Positions 1 to 8,814 are shown, counted from the first letter of the stretch. The stretch: DNA of 20,893 nt from Candidatus Iainarchaeum sp. (GCA_038895675.1 JAWANB010000002.1:44532-65424), one strand, 5' to 3'. Translations and numbers: made by a program. Notes: generated from the sequence alone by a model not told the origin.

Positions 1-1
1 T

Positions 2-517
2 TTGAGTGGTGTTGACAAGAATAATTTAAGGCAAATAATAGAGAAGAAGTGTGTTGAGAAAGGCATAAAGTGTAGGTGTATAAGGTGTAGGGAGATAGGT
101 ATTAATCGTGCGAAAAAAATTAAGGAATCAAAATTGGATTTTGTTGAGAGGCATTATACTGCTAGTAGGGGTTCTGAGGTTTTCATATCTTTTGAGGATG
201 TTTCTAATGATTTGTTAATTGGTTTTTGTAGGCTTAGGATTCCTTATAAGCCTTTTAGGAAAGAGTTTACTGATAGTACTGCTGTAATTAGGGAATTGCA
301 TGTTTTTGGTGCTCAGTTAGGTTTAGGTAAAAAGAGTCCCGATAGTGAGCAACATAAGGGTTATGGACAAATGTTGGTTATGAGAGCAGAGCAAATTGCA
401 AAAGATGATTTTGGCATGGATAAGATGTTGGTGATAAGTGGTGTTGGTGCAAGGGAATATTATAAAAGAAAGTTAGGTTATAATAAGGAAGGACCTTACA
501 TGGCAAAATTTTTGTGA
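2..517 (+). CDS. elp3: Elp3 tRNA U34 carboxymethyltransferase (radical SAM/GNAT), C-terminal part; 5' end lies outside the window
   Basis: CRCIRCRE, GFCRLR, IRELHVFG, QHKGYG and VISGVGAREYY motifs of the Elp3 KAT domain; frame open from the window start. Confidence 0.93.
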   Translation: MSGVDKNNLRQIIEKKCVEKGIKCRCIRCREIGINRAKKIKESKLDFVERHYTASRGSEVFISFEDVSNDLLIGFCRLRIPYKPFRKEFTDSTAVIRELHVFGAQLGLGKKSPDSEQHKGYGQMLVMRAEQIAKDDFGMDKMLVISGVGAREYYKRKLGYNKEGPYMAKFL

Positions 518-539
518 GTTTTTTGTGAGAGTGTGAAAA

Positions 540-899
540 ATGGATTTGTCAATAATTTTGTTTGTAATATTGATTTTGTTTTTTTTGTTGGTTGTTTTTT
601 TGTTGAAAAAAATTTGGGTTCTTGAAAAACTTTTGAATGAATTAGAGTTTGCTAAGTCTTCTCAGGCTGTCAAGCATGGTAAGTCTATTGAACAGTTGTT
701 TCCTTTTACAAAGCAATTTCCTTTTGAACCTAGTTCTTTCAGGTTCATTGGTTCTCCTATTGACGGTATTGTTTTTGCCGATTCTGAAATTATTTTTGTC
801 GAATTCAAAACTGGTAAGTCTAAGCTCACTGATAGGCAGGCTAAAATCAAGTCTCTTGTTGAAGATAAAAAAGTAAAGTGGTTGGAGATTAGAAATTGA
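540..899 (+). CDS. Membrane-anchored PD-(D/E)xK endonuclease of the Holliday-junction-resolvase-related family (Endonuc_Holl-like)
   Basis: N-terminal hydrophobic helix (res ~3-22), then RFIGSPIDGIVF...IIFVEFKTGKSKLTDRQ with D...ExK catalytic pattern. Confidence 0.8.
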   Translation: MDLSIILFVILILFFLLVVFLLKKIWVLEKLLNELEFAKSSQAVKHGKSIEQLFPFTKQFPFEPSSFRFIGSPIDGIVFADSEIIFVEFKTGKSKLTDRQAKIKSLVEDKKVKWLEIRN

Positions 900-900
900 T

Positions 901-1797
901 TTATTTTGTTAGATTTCTGAGTCTTGTTATTCTTTCTTCTATTGGTGGGTGTGTTAAGAACATTTTGTCAAAGAAGCTAATTATGCTACCTCTGTTTTTG
1001 AGTGGGTTGTCAAAGTACAAGTGTGCTGTCGCTTCGTTTGCTGTTCTTAGTGTGTTTGTGTCTTTTCCTATTTTTTCTAGTGCTGATGCTAATCCTTCCG
1101 GGTTTCGTGTTAGTAGTGCTCCTGTTGCGTCAGCTAAAAATTCTCTTTGTCTTGAGATTGCTAATTTTATTATTGTTGCTATTATTGGCGAAATTAGTGC
1201 TAAGATTATTCCTATTATAATCAATATTATTCCTGCTCTTCCTAATTCTCTGTTTCTATTTCCGCCAAAAATTATTGTCCTTAGTAATAAGTCTGATATT
1301 AGTACTGTTGCTCCTACGAATACTGCTGCAAATAGCATTAGTCTTATGTCATAGTTTTGTATGTGTGCTATTTCGTGTGCTATTACTCCTTCTATTTCTT
1401 GTCTGTTCATTCTTTTTAGTAGTCCTCTTGTTACTACTACTACTCCGTGCTGTGGGTCTCGGCCGGTTGCAAAAGCGTTCATTGCTTCGTCTTCTATAAT
1501 GTATGCTTTTGGTTTTGGTATGCCTGCTGCTATTGAAAGTCCTTCTATTATGTTGAACAAGTATGGTTCTTCTTCTTTTTTTACTTCTCTTGCTCCGCTA
1601 ATTGCAAGTACTATGTTTGCTCCTATAAAGTAATTTATGATTGTGTAAAAAATTAGGAATATTAGTCCTATTATTAGTCCTAAAACTCCAGAGCCTAATA
1701 CTATTCCAAAGAACCATGATAATATTAAGACAAAGATAGAGAAAACTATTATTAGTATCCATGTATTTCTTTTGTTTTCTGCTATCTTTTCCCACAT
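901..1797 (-). CDS. htpX: HtpX-like M48 membrane zinc metalloprotease
   Basis: NAFATGRDP, AHEIAH (HExxH), SRQREFLAD, THPPIEERI; multiple TM segments; downstream of lemA. Confidence 0.93.
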   Translation of the reverse strand: MWEKIAENKRNTWILIIVFSIFVLILSWFFGIVLGSGVLGLIIGLIFLIFYTIINYFIGANIVLAISGAREVKKEEEPYLFNIIEGLSIAAGIPKPKAYIIEDEAMNAFATGRDPQHGVVVVTRGLLKRMNRQEIEGVIAHEIAHIQNYDIRLMLFAAVFVGATVLISDLLLRTIIFGGNRNRELGRAGIILIIIGIILALISPIIATIIKLAISRQREFLADATGALLTRNPEGLASALEKIGKDTNTLRTANEATAHLYFDNPLKNRGSIISFFDKMFLTHPPIEERITRLRNLTK

Positions 1798-1825
1798 AGT
1801 AAAACCTTGTTGCTTTTTTTCTTTT

Positions 1826-2383
1826 TTAGAACTTTACTTTCACTACTTCTTTTGCTGCTTCTTCTATTTCGAAGTAGTCTCTCGGTCTAAAACCGAAAAT
1901 GTTTGCTATTATGCTGTCTGGCAAGACTTGTGTTTTAGTATTATATTTTAGCACCATGTCGTTATAGAATTGTCTTGCGTATGCTATTTTTGATTCTATG
2001 CCTGCTAGTTCTTCTTGCAACATTAAGAAGTTTTGGTTGGCTTGTAGTTTAGGGTAGTCCTCTGATAAAGCAAATATTGATTTTAATGCTCCTGTGAGCA
2101 TGTTTTCTGCTTCTGCTCTTTGTTTTGGGTTGTTTGCTGTCATTATTTTGTTTCTTGCTTCTACTACTTTTTCAAATGTTTCTTTTTCGTACTTTGCGTA
2201 TCCTTTCACTGTTTCAACTAAGTTTGGTACTAAGTCGTATCTTCTTTTTAGTTGGACGTCTATTTGGCTCCATGAGTTTTCTATTTGGTTTCTTAGTGTT
2301 ACAAAGCCGTTGTAAGCAAGTATTGCCCAAACTATTGCTATTGCTAATATTATTGCTAATCCTATTAGTATTAATGTTATCAC
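1826..2383 (-). CDS. lemA: LemA family protein
   Basis: N-terminal TM, WSQIDVQLKRRYDLVPNLVETVKGY, YPKLQANQNFLMLQEEL, ARQFYN; GTG start with GGAGGTG Shine-Dalgarno. Confidence 0.95.
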   Translation of the reverse strand: MITLILIGLAIILAIAIVWAILAYNGFVTLRNQIENSWSQIDVQLKRRYDLVPNLVETVKGYAKYEKETFEKVVEARNKIMTANNPKQRAEAENMLTGALKSIFALSEDYPKLQANQNFLMLQEELAGIESKIAYARQFYNDMVLKYNTKTQVLPDSIIANIFGFRPRDYFEIEEAAKEVVKVKF

Positions 2384-2388
2384 GTTTG

Positions 2389-2395
2389 CACCTCC
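2389..2395 (-). promoter_or_regulatory. Shine-Dalgarno sequence of lemA (GGAGGTG)
   Basis: + strand CACCTCC, 5 nt upstream of the GTG at 2383 on the minus strand. Confidence 0.8.
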
Positions 2396-2484
2396 ACTAT
2401 TATTTCTATTATTATTTTAATTTCTCATTTTACTTTTATATAGTAATCTTATTAACTTATTATCTTTCTCATTTATTGTTGTTT

Positions 2485-2850
2485 ATGTCTTTTTTCATTA
2501 AAAAAAATGTTCTTAATTCGTTGCTTTTAGCTGCTAAGAATGTTTATCCTAACGAATTTTTTGCTTTGCTTGGTGGTTCTTCTAACGTTATTGACGAGTT
2601 TGTTGTTGTGCCTGCTATTTTTGGGCGTGATTTTTCAGAGTTTGATGTTAATAGCGTGCCTTTTGATAATAAGATTATTGGTACTGTTCATTCGCATCCT
2701 GATTATGTTGTTAGGCCTTCTTCTCAAGACTTGATTGTTTTTTCTAAGTTTGGTTTTGTGCACATTATTTTGGGTTTTCCTTATAATTTTAATAGTTTTA
2801 AGGCTTTTAATGGTAATGGTAAGATTATTGATTTGAAGGTGATTGATTAA
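2485..2850 (+). CDS. JAMM/MPN+ (Mov34) metalloprotease, 121 aa
   Basis: Start revised to ATG 2485 (track ORF from 2125 overlaps lemA); YPNE...HSHPDYVVRPSSQD matches E-HxH-x7-S-x2-D; its TAA overlaps the gpmA ATG. Confidence 0.88.
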   Translation: MSFFIKKNVLNSLLLAAKNVYPNEFFALLGGSSNVIDEFVVVPAIFGRDFSEFDVNSVPFDNKIIGTVHSHPDYVVRPSSQDLIVFSKFGFVHIILGFPYNFNSFKAFNGNGKIIDLKVID

Positions 2851-3542
2851 TGTCTTTTGTTTTGGTTTTGTTGAGGCATGGCAAGACTTCTTATAATGTT
2901 GATAAGAAGTTTTGTGGTTGGACTGATGTTGAGTTAGGCGAGTTAGGAGAGAAAGAGGCAAGGTTTGCAGGTCAGTTGCTTGCTAAAAATGGTTTTGTTT
3001 TTGATGTGGCTTTTACTTCTTTTCTTAAGCGTGCGATAAAAACAACGTGGATTGTTTTAGAGGAACTTGATTTGTTTTGGATTCCTGTTGTAAAGCATTG
3101 GCGTTTGAATGAAAGGCACTATGGTGCTTTGCAGGGTTTGAAGCATGAGGAAATGGCTAATAAAGTGGGTGCTGATCAAGTTTTTTTGTGGCGTAGAAGT
3201 TTTAATGTTAGACCTCCTTTGCTTGATAAAAGCGATTCTCGAAATCCTATCAATGAAGCTAAGTATCGTTCTGTTGAACCTTTTTTGTTGCCTCTCGGGG
3301 AAAGTTTGGAGGACACTATTAATAGGGTTTTGCCTTTTTGGTTTTCTGACATAGTGCCTGTGATTAAGAGTGGTAAGCGTGTTTTGATTAGTGCTCATGG
3401 CAATAGTTTGCGTGCTTTGGTTAAGCATATTGAGGATATTAGTGATGTTGAAATTCCTAAGGTTGAAATTCCTACGGCAAAGCCTTTGGTTTATGAGCTT
3501 GATAGTAACTTAAGGCCTTTGAAAAAGTTTTACTTGGAATGA
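2850..3542 (+). CDS. gpmA: 2,3-bisphosphoglycerate-dependent phosphoglycerate mutase
   Basis: LLRHG, FCGWTDV, WRLNERHYGALQG, WRRSF, AHGNSLRAL motifs. Confidence 0.95.
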   Translation: MSFVLVLLRHGKTSYNVDKKFCGWTDVELGELGEKEARFAGQLLAKNGFVFDVAFTSFLKRAIKTTWIVLEELDLFWIPVVKHWRLNERHYGALQGLKHEEMANKVGADQVFLWRRSFNVRPPLLDKSDSRNPINEAKYRSVEPFLLPLGESLEDTINRVLPFWFSDIVPVIKSGKRVLISAHGNSLRALVKHIEDISDVEIPKVEIPTAKPLVYELDSNLRPLKKFYLE

Positions 3543-3618
3543 TTTTTTCAATAATTAAAATTTTTTTGTTCTTTTTTTACGCTTTTTTTTATTTTTTTTG
3601 TCATGTTTTTGTTTTCTT

Positions 3619-4659
3619 TTAGTTCCATTTTGTTTTGTATCTTAGTATTCCTGCTATTCCGCCAAGACTTTCTATTGTTTTTCCTGCTTCGCTTTTTTGG
3701 TTTATGAATATTATTTTTGTTTTTGTTTGTTCTGCTTTTTCTAGCATTTCTTCGGCTTCTTCTTTTTTTTCGCTTAACATTTTTTCCGAGATTATTAGTT
3801 CTTCTATTGCTGCTTTTTCTAGTGCTTCTTTTGTTTCTTTTTGTCCTATAGTTGCTTTTTCTTCTGCTATTGCTTTCATTAGTTTTTGGAGGCTTTTTTC
3901 TTCTTCAGTGCTTTGGAGTCCTTCTATTATTTTGTCTATTTTTCCTGTGTTAATTAGTTCTTTTATTCCTTGTATTCCTGCGCTTTTTGTTCCTTCAAAA
4001 ATTGCTTTTATTTCTTTGTGGTTTTCTTTCAAGTATTTTTCAAAGTCTTGTCTTTCAAATCCTGGTCCTAATATTATTAGTGTGTCTGGTTTTTCTTCTT
4101 TTATTTTTTGGATTATTTCTTTGTAATAGTTTTCTTTTTTTTCTTCTTGTTTGTATCTTTTTCCTTGTTTTCCTGACTTTATTTTTGTTTTTGTGCTTAT
4201 GTTTGTGTCTTTTATTTGTGTTATTTCTGCTTCTTCGTCATCCATTGCTATTGCAATTATTTTTCCTTTTTTTGTGCTGTTTTTTGCTTTTTCTAGTCTT
4301 TCTATGTGGTATTGTTTGAGTTTTTGTTTTTGGATTGTTATTTTTGTGTTTGGTGTTGCTTCTATTGTGTGCATTGCTCCTTTTTCCATGTCTTCTTCTG
4401 GTTTCATGCTTGTTATTTTTCCTGTTATTCTTAATTGGTTTGTTGTTTCATGAAAGTCTGTTTTTTCTGTTTCTATTTCCACGTAAATTTTTTGTTTTAT
4501 TGTTTTTTCTCCTTCTTGTCTTGGTTTTATTTTTCTTTCTGATTCTCCTTTTATTTTGTCGCCTTTTTCTATTATTTTTTGTATGTGCCATAGGTCTTCA
4601 AAGTTTTCTGGTATTAGTTCTAAGGTGTTGTTTTTTTTGTCTATTTTTAGTATTTTCAT
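3619..4659 (-). CDS. pelA: Pelota (aDom34) ribosome-rescue factor
   Basis: PENFEDLWHI N-terminus, LRITGKI, HTIE, GPGF motif, LGGIAGILRY C-terminus; 346 aa. Confidence 0.92.
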   Translation of the reverse strand: MKILKIDKKNNTLELIPENFEDLWHIQKIIEKGDKIKGESERKIKPRQEGEKTIKQKIYVEIETEKTDFHETTNQLRITGKITSMKPEEDMEKGAMHTIEATPNTKITIQKQKLKQYHIERLEKAKNSTKKGKIIAIAMDDEEAEITQIKDTNISTKTKIKSGKQGKRYKQEEKKENYYKEIIQKIKEEKPDTLIILGPGFERQDFEKYLKENHKEIKAIFEGTKSAGIQGIKELINTGKIDKIIEGLQSTEEEKSLQKLMKAIAEEKATIGQKETKEALEKAAIEELIISEKMLSEKKEEAEEMLEKAEQTKTKIIFINQKSEAGKTIESLGGIAGILRYKTKWN

Positions 4660-4681
4660 GAATTATGTTTTGCTGTAAAGT

Positions 4682-4690
4682 GTTTTAAGT
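4682..4690. promoter_or_regulatory. Candidate bidirectional TATA element between pelA and ABCE1
   Basis: GTTTTAAGT; TTAA centre is about 27 nt from the pelA ATG (4659) and about 25 nt from the ABCE1 ATG (4712) in a 52-nt spacer. Confidence 0.5.
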
Positions 4691-4711
4691 GTTTTTTAGT
4701 GGTATTTTTGT

Positions 4712-6478
4712 ATGGTGCGAGTTGCTGTTCTTGATAGGGAGCGTTGTATTAATAACGAGGGCTGTAATTTTGTTTGTGGTAATGTTTGTCCTGTGAATAG
4801 GGCTGGTAAGGATTGTATTGTGCTTGATGATTCAAAAATGCCGGTTATTAGTGAGGAGCTTTGTATTGGTTGTAATATTTGTGTTGTTAAATGTCCTGTT
4901 TCTTGTATTTTTATTGAGAATCTTGTGCAGGAATTGAAGGAAGAGCCTATTCATAGGTATGGTGAAAATTCTTTTAGGGTTTATAGGGTTCCTTTGGTTA
5001 AGCCTAATTCTGTCGTTGGTTTGATAGGCCAAAATGGTGTTGGTAAGTCTTCAATTTTAAAGATTCTTTCTGGTGTTTTGGTTCCTAATCTTGGGGATTG
5101 GAAGTCTAAAGGTTCTTTAGATAAGGTTGTTGAGTTTTTTCGTGGTAAGTCTTTTCAGCAGCACTTTCTTTCTATTAAGTCTGGTTTAAGAATATCTTAC
5201 AAGCCTCAGAATATTGTTGATATTCCTAAGTTTTTTTCTGGTTCTGTCAGGTCTTTGCTTTTAAAGTGTTCTTCAAGCGAGGCTGTTGAGAAATTAGCTT
5301 TTGATCTTAATATTAGTAGTGTTCTTGATAGGGATATTTCTGTTTTGAGTGGTGGTGAGTTGCAACGCGTTGCTATTGCTTTTGCTTTGTTAAAAGATGC
5401 TGATTTTTATGCTTTTGATGAGCCTGCTTCTTATCTTGATGTGGGTGAAAGGCTTGTTGTTGCAAAACTCATAAAACAATTGGCTGAGAGTGGCAAGTCT
5501 GTTGTTGTTATAGAGCACGATTTAGCAATTCTTGATTATTTGAGCGATTATGTTCATTTGCTTTATGGTAAAAAGGGAGTTTATGGTATTGTGTCTTTGC
5601 CAAAAGTAGCTAAGTTGGGTATTAACGAGTTTTTAGAAGGTTATGTCAAGGATGAGAATGTTCGTTTTAGGCAAAATTCTCTTGCTTTTTCTGTTAGGCC
5701 TCCTGTTGATTTTAAGAAGAAAAAGGTTTTGTTTTCTTATCCTAGTTTCAAAAAGTCTTTTTCTGATTTTGGGCTTGAAGTTAAGAGTGGTGAAATTCAT
5801 GAGTCTGAGGTAATTGGTGTTTTGGGTCCTAATGGTATTGGTAAGACTACTTTTGTCAGATTGCTTGCTGGTGTTGAGAAGCCTGATAATATTGATTTGG
5901 GTTTGAAGCTCAGGGTTTCTTATAAGCCTCAGTATTTAGTCGCTCCCAATTTGCTTGTTAGTGATTTTTTGTCTTCGCAGTCTCTCAACTTTAATGTTTT
6001 TAAGAACGAGGTTGATAGACGTCTTGACATTTCTTCTTTGGGTAATAGGCTTATGACTGAGCTTAGTGGTGGTGAGTTGCAGAAGGTTGCTGTTGGTGTT
6101 GCTCTTTCAAGGTCTGATTGTGATGTTGTTTTGCTTGACGAGCCTACTGCTTTTGTTGATCTTGAGGATAGGCTTGAAATTGCTCATGCTATTCGTTCTA
6201 TTACTGATTCTTTGAAGCTTGTCACTATTGTTGTTGATCATGACTTGCTTTTTTTGGATTATGTTTCTGACAGGCTAATTGTTTTTGAAGGAAAACCTTC
6301 TTCTTTCGGTGTTGCTAATTCTCCTATGGAAATGCGTGATGGCATGAATTATTTTTTGAAGAATATGCAGGTAACTTTTAGACGTGATCATGAAACTGGT
6401 AGGCCTAGGATTAATAAGCCTGGTTCTAGGCTTGATCAAGAACAAAAGGCGAAGGGCCAGTATTATTATGTTGATTAG
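4712..6478 (+). CDS. rli: ABCE1/RLI ribosome recycling ATPase
   Basis: N-terminal Cys-rich 2x[4Fe-4S] domain (C..C..C..CP, CIGCNICVVKCP); two NBDs (GQNGVGKS, GPNGIGKT, LSGGELQ twice); GRPRINK hinge. Confidence 0.96.
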   Translation: MVRVAVLDRERCINNEGCNFVCGNVCPVNRAGKDCIVLDDSKMPVISEELCIGCNICVVKCPVSCIFIENLVQELKEEPIHRYGENSFRVYRVPLVKPNSVVGLIGQNGVGKSSILKILSGVLVPNLGDWKSKGSLDKVVEFFRGKSFQQHFLSIKSGLRISYKPQNIVDIPKFFSGSVRSLLLKCSSSEAVEKLAFDLNISSVLDRDISVLSGGELQRVAIAFALLKDADFYAFDEPASYLDVGERLVVAKLIKQLAESGKSVVVIEHDLAILDYLSDYVHLLYGKKGVYGIVSLPKVAKLGINEFLEGYVKDENVRFRQNSLAFSVRPPVDFKKKKVLFSYPSFKKSFSDFGLEVKSGEIHESEVIGVLGPNGIGKTTFVRLLAGVEKPDNIDLGLKLRVSYKPQYLVAPNLLVSDFLSSQSLNFNVFKNEVDRRLDISSLGNRLMTELSGGELQKVAVGVALSRSDCDVVLLDEPTAFVDLEDRLEIAHAIRSITDSLKLVTIVVDHDLLFLDYVSDRLIVFEGKPSSFGVANSPMEMRDGMNYFLKNMQVTFRRDHETGRPRINKPGSRLDQEQKAKGQYYYVD

Positions 6479-6503
6479 TTGTTGTTTTTTGTTTTAGGCA
6501 ATC

Positions 6504-6510
6504 TTTAAAT
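6504..6510 (+). promoter_or_regulatory. Putative TATA box of the prepilin peptidase operon
   Basis: TTTAAAT 23-29 nt upstream of ATG 6533; no SD, consistent with a leaderless transcript. Confidence 0.45.
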
Positions 6511-6532
6511 TATCACTCTTTGTATAGGTTTT

Positions 6533-7696
6533 ATGCTTCCTTTCGTTTCTTTGTATTTTTTGTTTTCTTTTGTTGGATTAGTTATTGCTACTTATACTGA
6601 TTTGAAAGAAAGGATTGTTAGCAATAAGCTAATTTTTTTTCTTTTTTGTGTTGGTTTTGTTTTGAAGTCTTTCGAATCTTTTCTTGCTTCGTCTTTAGAT
6701 CCTTTATTTTTTGCTTTGCTTGGTTGTCTTGTTGGTTTTTCTTTTTCTTTTTTGCTTTACAAGTTTGGTGTTTGGGCTCCAGGGGATGTTAAGCTTGTTG
6801 CAGTTCTTTCTTTTATTAACCCTGTTAATTATGGTTTTTTGAGGTCTTTTTTTTCTTCTTATTTTGATTTTTTATCTTTTCCTTATTTTGATTCTATTTC
6901 TTTGCCTGTTTTTGGAATAACTTTGATAGTTTATTCTGCTTTATCTGTTTTTCCTCTTGGTTTGCTAATGATTTTTTTTGAGGCTTTCAAAAGGTTGTCT
7001 CTTTTAAAGTCTTGTTTTTTAGAGTCGATTAAAAAATTTTTTTACTTGTTTCAACTTTCTTTTTTTGTTGTTTGTTCTAAGATTTTGTTAGAATATTTTT
7101 TTCTTTTTTCTTTTTCTGATTATTTTTTCGTGTTGATTTTTTACGTGTTTTCTTTTTTTGTTTTTATTTTTGTTCCTGTTTTTTTTAGGTTTTTTTTGTT
7201 TGTCGTGTCTTTTTTGTTAGCTGTTTTTTTTGTTGGTTTTGGTTTTTTGGAAGGGGCTTTTTTTTCTTTTTTTGTTTTGTTTTTTGTTTATTTTTTGTTC
7301 AAAATTTATTTTAGTTTCAAAGATTTTGCTTTTGTTGAGGAAATTGGTCTTGATAATGTTTCAGAAGGAATGATTCCTGTTGATTATATTAAAATTGAGA
7401 AAAATTCTTTATTTTTTGTGCCAAAACCTTCAATAAAAAGTGTTATTAATGACTTGATTAATCATAAGTTTAACGATGCTATGTCTAAGTTAAAGCCTGT
7501 GGGTTTTTTCGCTAGCCCTGACAATGCTTGCGGTTTTAGTGAAGAAGAGGCGAAAGTTTTGAGAGATTTTGCTTTTAAAAGCGGTTTAAATCAAAAAATA
7601 AAAGTAAAGAAAACAATGGCTTTTGTACCAGCAATAACTTTTGCTTTTATTGTTCTTAGTTTCACTGGTGATTTTTTATGGAACGTAGTGTTTTAG
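6533..7696 (+). CDS. A24 family type IV prepilin peptidase, long EppA-like form
   Basis: ATYTDLKERIVSN and WAPGDVKL carry the two catalytic Asp; extra central TM block; C-terminal MAFVPAI; followed directly by pilin-like genes. Confidence 0.85.
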   Translation: MLPFVSLYFLFSFVGLVIATYTDLKERIVSNKLIFFLFCVGFVLKSFESFLASSLDPLFFALLGCLVGFSFSFLLYKFGVWAPGDVKLVAVLSFINPVNYGFLRSFFSSYFDFLSFPYFDSISLPVFGITLIVYSALSVFPLGLLMIFFEAFKRLSLLKSCFLESIKKFFYLFQLSFFVVCSKILLEYFFLFSFSDYFFVLIFYVFSFFVFIFVPVFFRFFLFVVSFLLAVFFVGFGFLEGAFFSFFVLFFVYFLFKIYFSFKDFAFVEEIGLDNVSEGMIPVDYIKIEKNSLFFVPKPSIKSVINDLINHKFNDAMSKLKPVGFFASPDNACGFSEEEAKVLRDFAFKSGLNQKIKVKKTMAFVPAITFAFIVLSFTGDFLWNVVF

Positions 7697-8256
7697 GTCA
7701 GGCGACTGTTGAGTTTTTGATGATTTTGGCTATTGTCTTCTTATTTATTGTTACAGTTTTGCAGCCTAACTTGCTTTTTGCAAAAAATAGTGTTGTTGAT
7801 TCTTCTGATTTCGCTAAGTTGCGTATTTCAGCTGATAAACTTGCTGATGCTATTAGGCGTGTCTCAGTTTCTAGTGTTGGTACTAAGGAAACTATTGAAT
7901 TAGTAATTCCTAATGGTTCTAGTATTTTTTGTCGTGATTCTTCTATTGTTGGTGGGGTTAGGCAAAGTTCTACTGACCTTAACATAAATTATCCTATAAA
8001 GAGTTCAGCTTTGGCTCCTTGTGAGTACGATGATGATGACATTGGTTTGAATAAAAAGCTTAGGGATTCCACTTGTTCTAAAATAATTAAAGTCGGGGTT
8101 CCTTTTACTTGTGTTGCTGATGTTGGTTATCCTTATGCAAATAATTTGTTTGTGAGTGCTCAAAGCGGAATATTCAAGGCGGTTGTCAGTAAGAAGTTTG
8201 ATACTGCGACTCAGCCTTTGCAATATGTTGAAGTCAAGTTCGAGTTGGTGCAATGA
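7678..8256 (+). CDS. Class III signal peptide protein (minor pilin-like)
   Basis: MERSVLG|QATVEFLMILAIVFLFIVTV: G-1, Q+1, E+5, hydrophobic helix; overlaps peptidase stop. Confidence 0.75.
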   Translation: MERSVLGQATVEFLMILAIVFLFIVTVLQPNLLFAKNSVVDSSDFAKLRISADKLADAIRRVSVSSVGTKETIELVIPNGSSIFCRDSSIVGGVRQSSTDLNINYPIKSSALAPCEYDDDDIGLNKKLRDSTCSKIIKVGVPFTCVADVGYPYANNLFVSAQSGIFKAVVSKKFDTATQPLQYVEVKFELVQ

Positions 8257-8645
8257 GAGCTCAGGCTGCTATTGAGTTTGTTTTTATTTTTGCTTTGATT
8301 GGTATGATTGGGACTATTATCATTGGTAATTGGTTTAGTCATGATGATGATTTGTATGAGGTTATTGGTGTTAGGCAGAGTGTTGTAAAGGCTCTTGATA
8401 GTATTGATTCTAACAAGTTTTATTTGAAAAAAATTGATTTGAGAGTACTTTCGTGTCCTGTTATTGGTTGGAATGATAGTAAGACTAAGGTTAATGTTGA
8501 GGTGGACCCTTTTCCTGATTCTGCTATGGTTGACAAAATTAAAGATGCTGTCAGAGAAGGTATTTTTGAGCATAGTGGGAAAAGTATTAATGTTGTGGTT
8601 TTCGTAAACGACATTTCTGGTTTTTTTAGTGAGGGTTGTAGTTGA
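8253..8645 (+). CDS. Class III signal peptide protein (minor pilin-like)
   Basis: MRA|QAAIEFVFIFALIGMIGTIII; ATGA overlap with the previous gene. Confidence 0.75.
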   Translation: MRAQAAIEFVFIFALIGMIGTIIIGNWFSHDDDLYEVIGVRQSVVKALDSIDSNKFYLKKIDLRVLSCPVIGWNDSKTKVNVEVDPFPDSAMVDKIKDAVREGIFEHSGKSINVVVFVNDISGFFSEGCS

Positions 8646-8691
8646 TTTATTTGTCTTAGGAAGTCTTTCCCTATGCTTTAAAGTAATTGAT

Positions 8692-8713
8692 AAGTTATGA
8701 AGAAAAATAACTT
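8692..8713. repeat. Perfect inverted repeat AAGTTAT-N8-ATAACTT in intergenic DNA
   Basis: 8692-8698 and 8707-8713 are exact reverse complements. Confidence 0.55.
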
Positions 8714-8766
8714 GGCGTAAATCCAAATGTTTTCTGTAAATTTGTATTCAACATTTTATTAAGTCT

Positions 8767-8784
8767 ATTCGTCAATCAACGAAT
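8767..8784. repeat. Perfect inverted repeat ATTCGT-N6-ACGAAT followed by a T tract (operator or terminator hairpin)
   Basis: 8767-8772 and 8779-8784 are exact reverse complements; TTTTTAT follows about 25 nt before ATG 8815. Confidence 0.5.
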
Positions 8785-8814
8785 TTTTATTTTTTTTGTT
8801 TTTTGTTTGTTTAA

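Noticed and set aside
2125..2484. N-terminal extension of the 241-aa track ORF
   Set aside because: Overlaps lemA antisense and the divergent promoter region; low-complexity L/F/Y; JAMM homology starts at ATG 2485
3635..4661. Several long + strand hydrophobic ORFs opposite pelota (likewise opposite htpX, asnB, thrS)
   Set aside because: Shadow ORFs: the A-poor + strand rarely forms stop codons; no motifs
7020..7320. T homopolymer runs as phase-variation tracts
   Set aside because: T7-T9 runs are ubiquitous given the skew and the reading frame is intact
8211..8726. 171-aa minus-strand ORF
   Set aside because: Antisense to two pilin-like genes, no recognisable motif
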